DNA of 64,000 bases from contig QPMI01000185.1 in the NCBI GenBank assembly GCA_004431415.1, positions 1 through 64,000 on the forward strand, given 5' to 3'. Within the stretch, counting starts at the first letter, position 1, and each line of letters opens with the position of its first letter. The position numbers and the translations under genes are program-made. The stretch comes from Cyanophora paradoxa CCMP329 (Eukaryota > Plantae > Glaucophyta). Of this stretch, positions 49,047-61,148 are shown in pieces. A model generated the notes under the pieces. The model was given only the letters and a program-made list of their open reading frames with translations. It was not told the origin of the DNA and searched no databases.

Positions 49047-50273
49047 CAACAGAGTCCAGATATCGATGTGTACTGTAGAGTCAGTGTAGACGCACGAAAG
49101 TCCGCCGGCACTTGCTCCGAAAATCCTGGCGAGAAGTATTTCGCCACGTTTCGCCCAAACCCTTCATATATATACATTTTCGGCCTTGGGGAAAGGAGAG
49201 GCCCTTTGGCGAACGTTTGGCGAACATTTGGCCGATCACAACATCAATGATTGAATCACCAAAAAACTCTGTTCGTGTGAATCGCGATCGACGACCGATC
49301 AACGTCAACGTGAAGACGGCCGATTGGGCCCCGCATCGATATCTGTACCCTTGCGGCACAATTTTGTACCCTCTCACTTGAGTGTGTACCCTTGCCTAGT
49401 GGACCCCCTGTTTCTCCTCCCCCCTCCCCCGGCCCGTAGCCGCGCGCGGTTACGGGCGCCGACCCCCGTTTAAAAACAAAGAGCTGCCACCCTCACGCCT
49501 TGAAGCCCCAAGACCCAAGGCCACTCCTGCTCCGCAGGGACTCGCTTTTATACATAGGTACCCATTTTCGACCCTAGGGAGCACGATGGCGGAGCTACTT
49601 TTCAAATTTGACACCTCTAACAAGCACTAACAAGCACCTCTTACGGCATCCCGGTGATCCACAGACTGCCGTAAAACAGAATATTAAGGTCTGCACTTTA
49701 TTATGTCGTTCCCAAAGTATGTCGCCGAAAACTTGACATGACGACATAATTTGGGGACGACATAGTAGGGCGTGTTTAGTGCTACACCCCCAATTCACCG
49801 CCTCATACAAGCCTGAAAATTTCGTGCCGACAATTGTTTTTTATTTGGGGATTTCATATTTCGCATAGAGAAGGGTCGGTTTTTATAACGACATAAATTT
49901 GACCCTCATATCATTGTCTGTTCGGTCCGGCTCGATTAAACTAGGGGGAGCGATTGGCGAGAGACCGAAGCACTAAACACGAGCTAGTACGTCTCTAAAT
50001 GCATATTTGATGCTCAGTCTCTCGCGGACGCGGTATAGCTATAGCTATAGCCGGATCCGGATCCCGGAATTCGCTCCGGCCGGATCCGGGACATGCGCAG
50101 CTAGCTCCGCATTGCATTTTTTATAATTAAGGGGTTTTGCTCAATCGCTTTTTTCTTGCTTGTTTTCTTTTCGTATAGTAAACTTGAAAGTACCCCCTTT
50201 GCGAGCGCAAAAGCGTATATATGATTGGTACGAGTCCGTTCGAGTCGGTAGCAGTTGCAATTGCAGTCTGCAG

Positions 50274-50514
50274 CACAGCTCGTTTTTTTCACTGATCGAC
50301 CCGACACGGCCGAATATCCGGTTTCGTAAAATTCCCCTCGGGTATAAGGAATTCCCCGGCGCAAGCTAGTGCAATCTACCCGCTAGCTTGCCGGCTACAA
50401 CCTGACGTAGGCGCACTAGCCGGCTCGTAGCGGGTGAAAAGTTATCGCGATCGCCGGCTACCCTTGCCCGTATCCAGGCCGTGTTGGGTCGATCGGTAAC
50501 AAAAACGAGCTGTG
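50274..50514. mobile_element. CACTA/EnSpm-like MITE, copy 1
   Basis: Termini CACAGCTCGTTTTT...AAAAACGAGCTGTG with 3-bp TSD CAG (50271-73, 50515-17). Confidence 0.85.
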
Positions 50515-50542
50515 CAGGCTGCAGCTAGCTGCAGGCTGCACT

Positions 50543-50771
50543 CACAGCTCGTTTTTTATACCGGTCGACCCGACACGGCCAAATATCCGGTTTCGTTAAA
50601 TTCCCCGGCTTTAGCTAGTGCAATCTACCCGGTAGCATGCCGGCTACAAGCTGTTGCGAGGAGACTAGCCGTTCTGCGGCGGGTGAAAACTTAGAAAGTT
50701 ATCGCGATCGCCGGCTACCCTTGCCCATACAACGGGCATGTCGAGTCGATTAGGAAAAAAAACGAGCTGTG
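50543..50771. mobile_element. CACTA/EnSpm-like MITE, copy 2
   Basis: Same TIR family and similar interior as copy 1, with a different 3-bp TSD ACT (50540-42, 50772-74). Confidence 0.85.
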
Positions 50772-51009
50772 ACTGCGGCATGCAGCTACAGCCTACCGGT
50801 ACCGGAGCCTACCGGCGACCACGGCCAATAGGCTGGCGGTATATATACCGGCCGGCGCCGGCCGGCGCCTCCGGGCCGGAACCGCTCCCGCGGCGCGGCA
50901 GTGCGCCGGGCCGGACTCCGGGAGTGGCGCTGACTCAGTGCTGAGCTGCCAGGCTGCCCGGCCGCAGTGCGGCGCTGCCGCAGTGCGCTGCCTGCACATG
51001 CGCATACTA

Positions 51010-51228
51010 CTGTAGGACGGCTTTTTTAGCCGTACGTCGTTTTATTTTGCCGTAAATTGCCGAGAGACCGAATTCGGCAATTTTAAGGGACGGCAATGTT
51101 GCTGGGGGTAGGGAGGTTCCAAGGTCCCCATAGAGCGAATGTCTGGATTCGGCAATTGATCACCACGGCAATTCCGGTTTGGGCGAATTCGGCAATTTTT
51201 CACCACGGCAATTTAAGCCGTCCTACAG
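51010..51228. mobile_element. Tc1/mariner-type MITE
   Basis: TIR CTGTAGGACGGCTT / AAGCCGTCCTACAG, TA on both sides, and internal CGGCAATT repeats. Confidence 0.85.
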
Positions 51229-51835
51229 TACCGTACTGAAGTATATATCATATAGTATGATATGCATTAGTGCACTGAGTGCACTGCCGCAGTGCGGCAT
51301 ATCATACTGTACTACGGTAGTGCATATAGTATGCTCCCGGCGCTGCAACACCTCCGATCCCGCACGTGCGCGCTCGCGCCGGCGCCGGGCGCCCGCTGGG
51401 CCGGCGCCCGGATCGAGGCTGGCCAGAGCGCCTATAGCTAGCCTAGCTAGCGCTATAGTAGACTAGTAGTAGTAGCGCCGGCGCCGCGCACGCGGACGTC
51501 GACGCATACTCGAGCTCGTCTAGAACTTCCGACGGTTTTAGCTTCGAAAGGTACTGCGCGGTGCGCATGCGGTAGACCGGACGGATCAAACTCCCAGCCT
51601 GCAGCTGGGCAGGCTGTCAAAGACTCGAGCTCTGCGAAACTGGTGCGCCGCGCCGGATCCCGGAGCGCCCATGGCCTGCAGGGCGCGCGCACGCGCCGTG
51701 ACCCGAGCGCGCGCCCTGCCGCATTGCAGACGCGCTCCTTACAGCCACGTTTGATTTGCGCAGGAATTCGAAAATTTCGACCCTCGTTCTCTTGCGCGCG
51801 GCCGTTCGCGCGAAGACGGTTGCTGTGATATATTA

Positions 51836-53370
51836 ATGGATCTCGGGAGGATCAAGAAGCTGCCCCTGGGCCTCGCTCCCGCCCGGAAAGCGCCCGCGGC
51901 CGCTGGCTCCGGGCCCGGTACCGGTGCCGCGGCTGCGGCCGAGACCGCAGCTGCAGCCGCGCCCATGGCCATATGCATGACCGCCTTGCCGCGGATCAAT
52001 TGCAATGTCAATTGCAAGGGCGCGGAGGCGGGGCGCGGGCACCGAGCTCGAGCACGCCGGTCGCTGGGGGAGGAGTCGCCGGAGCCGGAGCCGGCGCCGT
52101 GCGTGATTATAATTAGCGACTCCGATTCGGAGCTCCCCGAGGTGCGCCCCCGCACCGTCCCGCCCGCGCGTGCGCGGCCCTGCCGCAAGGAGGCCTCACC
52201 GGCGGCCCCGGGGCGCAGCTGCTCTCCCCGAAGAGCGCGGGGTCGATGGCGAGCGCCGCCTCGTCGGCGGCGAGCTCCCGCGCGAGCTCCCGCTCCAACT
52301 CTCTCGCCCTCGATCGCGAGCCCGGCGGCGCCGCACCCCCGCCCCGCCCCCCCCTCGAGGCCCCCGAGCTCGACCCCCCGGCCATCCGCGCCCGCCTCGT
52401 CCTCAACATCTGGGAGGCCTCCGCCCGCGGCCCCGGCGACCGCCCGGCCTTGGGGGCGGGGGCCGGGGCGGTGCGGGGGCGGGCGGGCGGTGGCGGCGGC
52501 GCTGGGGCGCGCTCGATGGACTTCCCGCGCTACCTCGCCTTCCACAGCGGCCTCCACCGCGCCATCTCCAGCCCCGCCGTCCCCCCGACCCCCACCACTC
52601 CGCCTCCCTCGCCTGCGCCAACTGTGCGAGGGCCCCACCCCCGGCCCTCGATCTCCCCGATCCCCGCTGACGGGGGCGGGGCCGCGGTGCAGGGGCGGTG
52701 GACTCGCGGGGTCGGGGGGCGATGACGCGGGAGGCGTTCGAGGGGAGCCTGGAGGCGCTGGCGGCCGGCTGGGCCGCCGCCGCCGCCCGCGAGCCGACGG
52801 CGGTGCCGCTGCGCCTCCTGGCGGCCGGGCCGGCCTGCCCGACGACCTCCCCACCCTCTTCCTCTTCGGCCTCAGCGCCGCCCTCACCACCGCGGGGACC
52901 CCTGGCCCGCCGCCGCCCCCCGCCCCCCTCGCCCGACCGCGAGGCGCCCCGCATGCGCGCTCTGCCCGAGGTCGTCCCGGCTGCTGCGGCGCCCGCGGCC
53001 TCCTGCGCCTGCTCGCCACGCAGCAGCTGCCCGGCCCCGCGCGGCGGCGGCCGCCGCGCCGCCTCGAGCCCGTGCCCGAGGCCCCGAGCCCGATCGCGAG
53101 GCGCCGGCGGCGGGGGCGGGGCTCGCGGGGCTCCTCGCGGGCGACGGCGACCCCCGCGGCCTGCGCCGCTTCGCCCTCCACAACCGCCTCCGCGCCCTCC
53201 TCCCCGCCCCCGCGCCGGCCTTCGCCGCGGCCCCGCGGCGGGGGCGCGGGGAGGGTGACATCGGCCTCCCCCACACCTCGCCCGCCGCCTCGATCGCGAG
53301 CTCCTCCGGGCCCTCGCGTCGACCTCCCCACGGGCGCTGCCCCCCGCGCTCCGCACCCCCTACCCTCTAG
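51836..53370 (+). CDS. Hypothetical spliced low-complexity protein
   Basis: Coding-like segments (MDLGRIKKLPLG, IIISDSDSELPE, IRARLVLNIWE, MDFPRYLAFHSGL, MTREAFEGSLEAL) separated by intron-like stretches. Exon structure is unresolved. Confidence 0.4.
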
Positions 53371-54190
53371 ATACCGATCCTACGTATACCCCCCGCCGAC
53401 CCCGGCCCCGTGCCGCACTTCTCTTTTTATTCCCTCGGGCTCCGGATCCGGCGGTCCCCCTCCCCCCGCAAAGGAGAGGTCCGGCCGCGGCCGCTGATAT
53501 CGATCATGATCTGATCGATATCGTTTTGCTTTTTGGCCCCTCATTTCGCTCTCTCTAGAAAGGAATATTTCTGCGGACATATCAGAATTCAAATAGTGCA
53601 CGTGACGTTCACTCATCATGGCAAGGCCACTCCTGCTCCGCAGGGACTCGCTTGTAATTTCCCAAGCGTCTTGCAATTGGTTTCTCAAGCCCACGATCGC
53701 GACTTTGCCGTAGAGAGATCAGCCGTTGGTACCCCTCTCTCCAAACAAATTAAACTTGAAAGGCTCAATTCGGATTTCGGATTCGCAAGGCTTCATGAAC
53801 TTTGGAAGGAGAAGAGCTAGAACTTCTTGGCAAGTTCTTGAACGTGACGTTCACTCATCATGGCAAGGCCACTCCTCGGGCAAAGCCACTTCAAGTTCTA
53901 GCTCCACTGATTTTCTGCGTCAAGTATTTTCCTGCCCTACGGAAGTACTAGCTGGTAGTAGCCTGGTACTAGTCACTGAGTCTGGTAGTAGTCTCAGTAC
54001 TACCAGTAGCTATAGAAGTACTGTACTACGGTAGTACGGTACTGGAACACGCCCGCGACGCTCAAGGGCAAAACGCCCGGCACTGGTGGGCGGAGGTACC
54101 TACTTGAAGAGGCCGTCACCGGCACCGGAAAGGTTCGAAACAAATAAGTTCATGTATTAAGATGGTCGATTTAGGTTGCATTCGTTGCAG

Positions 54191-55832
54191 ATCGCAGTGG
54201 TGATCAACGCGAATGCGGCGAAGAACGCGGAGGCGGCAAAGGCCGTCGTGGCGGTGACCGCCGCCGACTCGAACTACCTCGACGTCTCGCAGGAGGTCAC
54301 CTTCCCCATCGGGGCCGCCCCCACGGTGAGCTCGAGCTCGAGCACGGTCGACGTCAGACTTGCTTAAGCTTGCTTTTCGCCGACGTTTTCTTTCGCAGCC
54401 GAGCCCAAGCCCTACCCCATCTCCGAGCCCGACGCCCAGCCCAAGCCCGACGCCCAGCCCAAGCCCGACGCCCAGCCCGAGCCCAACACCCAGCGCTACG
54501 CCGAGTCCCAGCCCGAGCCCCACCGCGACGCCGAGCCCGACCCCAACTGCTGCGCCGGCGCCGCTGCCGGAAGGGGCGAAGAAGAGCGGGGTGACCGTCG
54601 TAGAGACTACGTTGTCCGTGAGCATGCCGACTCGCCAAGACTGCGAGACGGCCGCCGCAGCGCCCGGCAAGGTACATGTCCACAAAGTCAAGGAACTTCA
54701 GTTGGGTGTTTTGTTACTTATTCCGCGGGACAGATTCAAAGCGACGTCGTCAACAGTCTGCGCAAGGCTGATTCATCTGCGAGCTTTGACGACAACCAGT
54801 TCAAGGTACGAAAGGATCCGTCATTGTTTGCAGTTTAATCAACGGTATATCAAGAGAATCCAAATTAGAGAAAACAGATTAATTATCGCATTCATATCAT
54901 GGCCATCAGCTGGGCCATCAGCTGTTGTACTTCCGCCTAAAAGCGCCTCCGGATCCGCAGGTCTCTGGCGCCAAATGCGCTTCAGTAGAAACTCGCCACT
55001 CGCGGAAGCTGCATGCAGTCTCGATGGACGTTTTCATCGTCATTTTCGACAGCCTGCGGTCCACCGCCGGTGGGGTCTCAGCCCGGGATCTCTACAGCAG
55101 CCTGCAGAAGGCCGCAACCGCCTCCGGGTCGACGTTCTCCGTGGCCGGCGGGACCGCCACGGGGGTGTCAAGCCCCGTCGTCAAGGAGAACCAGGCCATC
55201 GTCATGACGAGCACGGTCCGCGGCCTCTCATTCTTCTCCACCCGAGCTCAACGGGTCGGTGATCCCCGCGCGCTCGCCGCAGGGTCCGATCATCGAGCCC
55301 ACCCCGGGTCCGGGCGTCACGTCCGGGTCCTCCACGAACGTCGGCGCCATCGTGGGAGGTGGTGCGCATTTAATTCAAATTATATAATTAGAACATGAAT
55401 TGGCATTGATCATGATGCAAATACCCCCTGTGCGCCACGCCAGTCCTCGGAGGAGTAGTGGGCCTCGTCATCGTCGTCCTGCTCATCGTCTGCATCGTCA
55501 AGCGGCGCCGGAGCGGCGCCGCGCGGAAGAGCAAGAAGCGGGACGACATCGAGGCTGCGAAGCAGCCCCCGGCGCCCGCCCCCGTCATAGCCCCGGCCCC
55601 GGCTCCAGTTTCGGCGCCGCATGCCGGAAGCGTTTATTCCCAGCCGGGCCCCAGATATGGCGATGCCGGCGCCCACTACCAAACCGGCGCAGGCAACGCC
55701 GCTCCGGCGCCCATCAACAATCAGCCCATGAACATTCATTCAAACTCGCAGCCGGAGCCCAGATACCGACACGGCGCCGGTGCAGGCGGCGGCACGGAAC
55801 TCAATTCTGTAGACGTTAATGTGCCCAACTAG
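54191..55832 (+). CDS. Type I membrane surface glycoprotein with (PSPSPT)n HRGP-like stalk; 5' exons not identified
   Basis: [12 protein letters not shown] repeats at ~54400-54550, [21 protein letters not shown] followed by the KRRR stop-transfer, a cytoplasmic tail, and TAG at 55830. Confidence 0.75.
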
Positions 55833-56906
55833 CTATAGCGCCACCGAGCATGTTCCATGAATATTAATACTCTTCAAGGGTTGATTGATATATATGCGCA
55901 TGCGCATATCATCATAGTATGCCGGTTCTCTCGTTTACTAGGTCTTCAGCTCGCGCTCGCCCCCCGCTCGTCTCAGGATGTGCAAGGTGGGGTCTAAATA
56001 ATAAATATAGAGAAAGCATCGATATGTAGATCTATAGCTACAGCTAACGCTCGATCTCGCAGCAGTGCTAGCGAAACCGAAATGGATAATTGTAAGCCGC
56101 GCCGTGGCACAGAATTCAACAATTACTATTAAAAAGCCCCCCGCGCTGCCCAGGCTGCGCCGCCGTCCCCCGTGCCTCCGCACCGCCCGGCCTGGCGGGC
56201 CGCGCCGCCACCCGCCGTGCCTTTATGCTCCAGGCCGCCTGGCGAGCCGCCCCCCGCCCCCCAGGCCGCCGCGCCTCCGGCCCGCCTAGAGCCTCGGAGA
56301 GCCGCGCCGCCGCCCGCCGCGCCTCCGGCCCATCCCGCCAATTGCACGCCGCGCCGCCGCCCGGCGCCCGCCGCGTCCAGGACTCCGCCCGACCCCTCTG
56401 TATTTCGGGGGCGATTCTCCTAGTGTAGCCGGGCGCCGCAGCACGGCGGGCCCGGGGATACGTATACCACAAGAAGACGTATCGGTGACGGGAAAAAGAC
56501 CGACTTGCGAACTGGCCCAGGCGCCGGCCGGCTCAGACGGGACGGGGTATACGTAGGGGGCCGAGGAGGGGGAGGGGCAATTGCAACACTGACCAGCCAC
56601 GTGATACGCATACACGGGGCTGGTCCCAGCAGCCGCGCCACGGATCCGGATTCGTCGCTGGCCTCGGGCCCTGGCCTCAGCGCGGCCTCGCTCTCGGCCT
56701 TTCGTGCTTTCTCTCTTTCTCTATAGCTAGATCTGCCCCAGCTGCAGCTGCTGCGCATGCGGGCGCGCGGAAATGTACATATATATCTGTATATAAATGC
56801 CGCAATGCACACACCGTACATGTCCGAATGCCGCAGAAAATTAAAGGAAAAAACAAAGAATCGGACTATAGCTATAGGTGAGCGACGAATTGGAATACGA
56901 AGTATT

Positions 56907-57657
56907 TCAGTGCCCGACGGGGCGACATCGATCAGAGGAGGGCCGAGCCGCTGCCAGTGCTGTCGTGGTCGGCGCAGAGGCCGGCGTCGAGGAAAGCGTC
57001 CGCCGCCTCGCCGCCCTCCGCCCCGAAGGCCTCGCCGCCCTCCTCCCCCTGCGCCCCGGGTGAGGGGGGGATTCGAAGGGGGGGGGAGGGGGGGGAGGAG
57101 GTACGCACGGCGGCGCCGGTGTCATCGTCGACGAAGCCGTTCGGGACGGCGTACTGGAGCACCTGCCGGCCGCGGGGGGACCGTCGGACGGGGTGCATGA
57201 TCATGAGGCAGATCTCGGAAATTAAACGCCAGGGCATTGCGCTCCGTGCCATGGCCGGGGAACACTTTAAATTTCAAGCGCACCTGCGTGTCCGAGTCGA
57301 GCTTGAAATCGTACGCGTCCCAGGAGCGGTCGATGGTTCTGCACTGGCCATTCCACCCTTTCTTTTGGCTCAGGCTGTACTCGGAGCCGGTCAGCTTCTT
57401 GCATTCTTTGTCGGCGTCAAGGACGTTACTCGCTTGCACGGATTTGTACGAGCCCGTGCCTGCGCGCACGGGCGCCGGCGCGAGCTTCATCATCAGACAA
57501 TTGCAACCCCAGGATGCGCTGCTCACATGAGCGGGCGGGCGGGCGGGCGGGCGGGCGGGCGGGTAGGCCTAGGCCTAGGGCCGCGGCCGCGGGCCGGGGA
57601 GACTCTGAGAACTTGGAACGCACAGTTGGGGCCAGTCCAGCACATGTAAACTTCCAT
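56907..57657 (-). CDS. Small Cys-containing hypothetical protein (spliced)
   Basis: MEVYMCWTGPN|..ASWGCNCLMMKL...DKECKKLTG..WNGQCRTIDRSWDAYDF|VLQYAVPNGFVDDD with plausible GT-AG introns. The 3' end is uncertain. Confidence 0.45.
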
Positions 57658-57789
57658 CTCGTTCGAGGGCGAAGCGCTTGAAGGCGAGGGCGAGGGATGC
57701 TCGGCGGCTGAAGCTTAAGCTTCGAAATGTTGATGCGAACTTGATCTCAGGCCGCGGTACCGGTGTGCACTGTGCACTGTGTAGTCCCG

Positions 57790-58625
57790 GGACCCGAGTC
57801 CCGAGTCGGGAGTCGGGACTCCGGGGAGTCGGCCGAGTCGGGGAGTCGGATTCCGAAGCGGCGGGAATTAATTCGAACTTTGAATTCGGAAAAATCGGAA
57901 GTACTAGTCTGATTCGGAATCGAAGTTCTCATCATGGCATGATCAGATCTAGATCTAGAGCAGTGATGGTATTATTAATTCTTGGCAAATCGTGACCGTT
58001 ATTGATTTTTAGAAACCCCGCTCGGTCCGCGGCTCGGACAGCTAGAGCATAAACGTGCACCCGGCCCAGTCTCCGGGCCTCCTTATAATTACGTATACTA
58101 CCGGCCCTAGGCCTAGTGCCGGTATAAAGTTACTAGAGAGTCCTAAGTACTAGTGGGGTGCGGATCGATCTCCCTGGTACTTCGCGAGTCCCCACTCCGA
58201 CTCCCGACCGTCGACGTCGGACTCCCGACTCCCGCGAGTCCGGTACCGGTCAGTGCGGTCACGAGACTCACGACTCCGGTCACGAGTCCGGTGACTCCGG
58301 TGGGAGACTCGGAGAGTAGTCGGAGTCCGAAATTTCTCCGATTCCCGAGATTCCCGAGTCCCGACTCCCGAGTCCCGATCGCGACTCGCGAGTCCCGGGC
58401 GGCCCCCCGCGTCTTGTCCGAAGTTGTCACGGTCTTGATCATGAGTTTTGACTCTTGATCACGCATTCCATCATTTTCCATGTCATTCCATCATTTTCCA
58501 TGTCATTTTCTGCCCCGGCGGGCCGGCCGCGCCGGCGGCCCGCCGGCCCCCCGCGTCTTGACTCTTGAGTCTTGCAATTGACTCTTGATCACGCATTCCG
58601 AAGTTCCTTCATTCTCCGTGTCATT
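57790..58625. repeat. GAGTC/GACTC-rich imperfect inverted and direct repeat tract
   Basis: Dense CGAGTCGGGAGTC at 57790-57855 and complementary GACTCCCGACTC at 58185-58400. CCCCGCGTCTTG..GACTCTTGATCACGCATTCC is duplicated at ~58404 and ~58548. Confidence 0.6.
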
Positions 58626-59002
58626 TTCCATTTTCCATTTTCCGAGTTCCATCGTTATTATTCTGTTTTACGATACATGTCATGATCATGAATCATGATT
58701 CATGATCACCGTGAACCGTTAAACCCCGTGCGCATGGCGCCGCATGCAAGTGACCTGACCATAACTTGTTTTCATCCATATATAATACGGCTACCACGGC
58801 CCACGGGTAGCAGAGCCGGCACGGCCAGCCGTATAAAAGCGCGGAAGGGAGGCCGCGGAAAGGTTCGAGAGAGATTTACGGGGCAGCGCCGGCCGGGGGG
58901 GTACCGGTGGCCCACAGATCTAGATCACAAGTTCTCGTATATTTTATAGACCGGGGGAGGGAGGGGGCATCCCCGGGGAAGGAAGGGCCCGGCCGGCTAC
59001 AG

Positions 59003-60783
59003 CTACGCGCCGAGGAGGACGGGGACCATGACCTCGTTGCGCCGCAGGAAGGGCAGCGTCCACTGCGCCGAAAGCCGGAGCCGCGTGAGGCGGCGCCGAG
59101 CTAAGAGCTAAGCGCTCGCAGTTCGCCCTTGCTGTTAGCTAATTATATAAGTAGTTCGCAAAGTAGTTAGCTAATTAGTTCGCTCGTGCTGTTAGCTAAG
59201 TAGTTCGCTCGGGGCCGCGCGCGTGAGGCAGCGCCGAGGCGGAGGGGATGTGCATGTGCTCACTGAGTCATATGCCTTAGGCGGACGAGCTCAAGGCGGG
59301 GGGGGGGGGGGGGGGGGGGGCGGGGCGCATGGAGAGCTAACAGAGCTAAGAGCTACACGTGCTTATATGATTTAGGCAGGGAGGGCGGGGCGGGGCGGAC
59401 CGGGGGGTTGTACTGGCAGAGGCGGAAGGCGGCGCCCGGGGCGAGGGCGACGCCGTCCCGCGCCAGCAGCCCCCGCAGCTTCCCCTCGTGCTCCTCCCGG
59501 TTGCTCTCCCCGAACCCGCTGTACGTGATCTGCCCGCGTAGCGAAGCGAGGCGTGAGAGCCCTCTAAGAAACACTACAGGTAATGCCGCAGTGCTGTTTG
59601 AAGCGTTATATATATAATTTGTAAGAAGCTTAGTGAGCGCCGTCGGAGACGCTTAAGCTTCAGAGCCGGGTAGGGAATTCGAAGGCCGGGCGAGGGTCTC
59701 TCTAGTGAAGCAAAGCGAAGTGTGAGCGCCCCCTCTCTAAGAACTACAGGGAATTTAATGCTACTTGGAGCGTCATGCAAGAAGCTTAGGAAGCGCCGTC
59801 GGAGACGCTTAAGCTTAAGCTTAGATTGTACATCCGGAGGCGCGGACCACGGCGAGAGTCTCGGAGGCGGCGCGCTTGATGGCGACCTCGGGGTTCGTGG
59901 GCTTCGGCAGGCTCGCCTCGTCGTACTGGGCCGGCATCACGAACTTCATCTGAGGCGGCCCTGGGCCTTAGCCTAGGCCCTTTCGGGGCTCAGGGCTCAG
60001 GTGAACCTCACCTTGCTCTCCGCCATGATCACCGGCGCCCTGCCCCCGCGCGCCCGATCGTCAGCTGAAGGAGCTTGTGTGGGCTCTCCTTTTAAAAGCT
60101 TAGATGATCGCCGCCATTAAACGTGGCTCCATCGTTAGCTAAAGGTGCTGAGCCCGTACGCGTGCACGTGGCGGAATCGATCGAGCGGAGGCGGGGCGCG
60201 CGCGGGGCCTGGGCGCACGTCATGGCGACCTTGGTGCTGCTCCCGCTCGGCGCGACGTTCTTCCCAAAGATGAAGCCGGCGAGCTGCGCCCAGGCGCACG
60301 CGCGCCTCAGACCGAGGACGGGCCAGCGCGCGGTAGCTATCCCGCGCAGGCACAGAGGCGCTCTGGAGCGCAAGCACTTCCAGTCCATAGCTTATTATAA
60401 AGACGAGCGCGCGCGACTCCGCGAGCCGCGTACCTTGCGGAAGGCCGTGCCCGTGTCCGCGTTCTCCATCTGCACCTCTGCGATGATGAGGTTCGGGTAC
60501 TTCCTTATCTCGTAGCCGTCACACTTCTTGACCAGCTCGAACTTCGGCTCCTCGACCTGCGCGGTTGGCCGGTTGGGCCGAGCAGGTTCGCCGAGGGCAT
60601 GCGCGCGCAAGCCAGCTACTGCAGCGCCCTCTAAACTGAGCAGAGGGCCTGGGGCGCGATGCGCAGCGCATGGCTAGCCCGTGCACGCGCGTCGATTCCC
60701 GGCGCGCGTGGGAGGTGCGGCCCTTTCCGTACGACCACGCGGCCCGCCACGCGCACCGTTTGCACGCCAAAGATGGACGCCAT
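59003..60783 (-). CDS. SOUL/HBP-family haem-binding protein
   Basis: MASIFGVQT|VEEPKFE..YEIRKYP..AEV..AFRK|LAGFIFGKN..KVAMT|APVI..|MKFVMPAQY..LPKP..|CQYNPP|WTLPFLRRNEV*. Confidence 0.93.
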
Positions 60784-61148
60784 GGGTGCTGGTGATGTGC
60801 TTGCGCGCCGACTGGGTGCGGGGACGACGGTTCGCCGAACGATACCAGAGACACGGAGAAAGCGAGCGGCGCGGTATGCGGCCGAGGTCTGCACTGTGTG
60901 GTTGAAGCGCAGGACCCGGGATGCAGAGCTGGAAGGATGTACCCGGAAGTCGGTGCGACAGCTGTACCCCAAATACAGCGCGAAACGCTGCGAACGCACC
61001 CGCGCGGCCTCTCGCGCGGCATCAGCCCGACTCGAAATGATGCCCGCGCACGGTGTAGTTCCGCCCTCCGCCGCGAGCGCGCCGCAGAAGGCGGCACAGC
61101 GCATCAGCATCGCAGCGGCAGGAGACTTGCAGCGCCTCCGCCCAGCAC

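Noticed and set aside
51739-53356. Large minus-strand ORFs (530 aa, 317 aa), and similar antisense ORFs over the KIX and coiled-coil genes
   Set aside because: Shadow ORFs of extremely GC-rich coding sequence.
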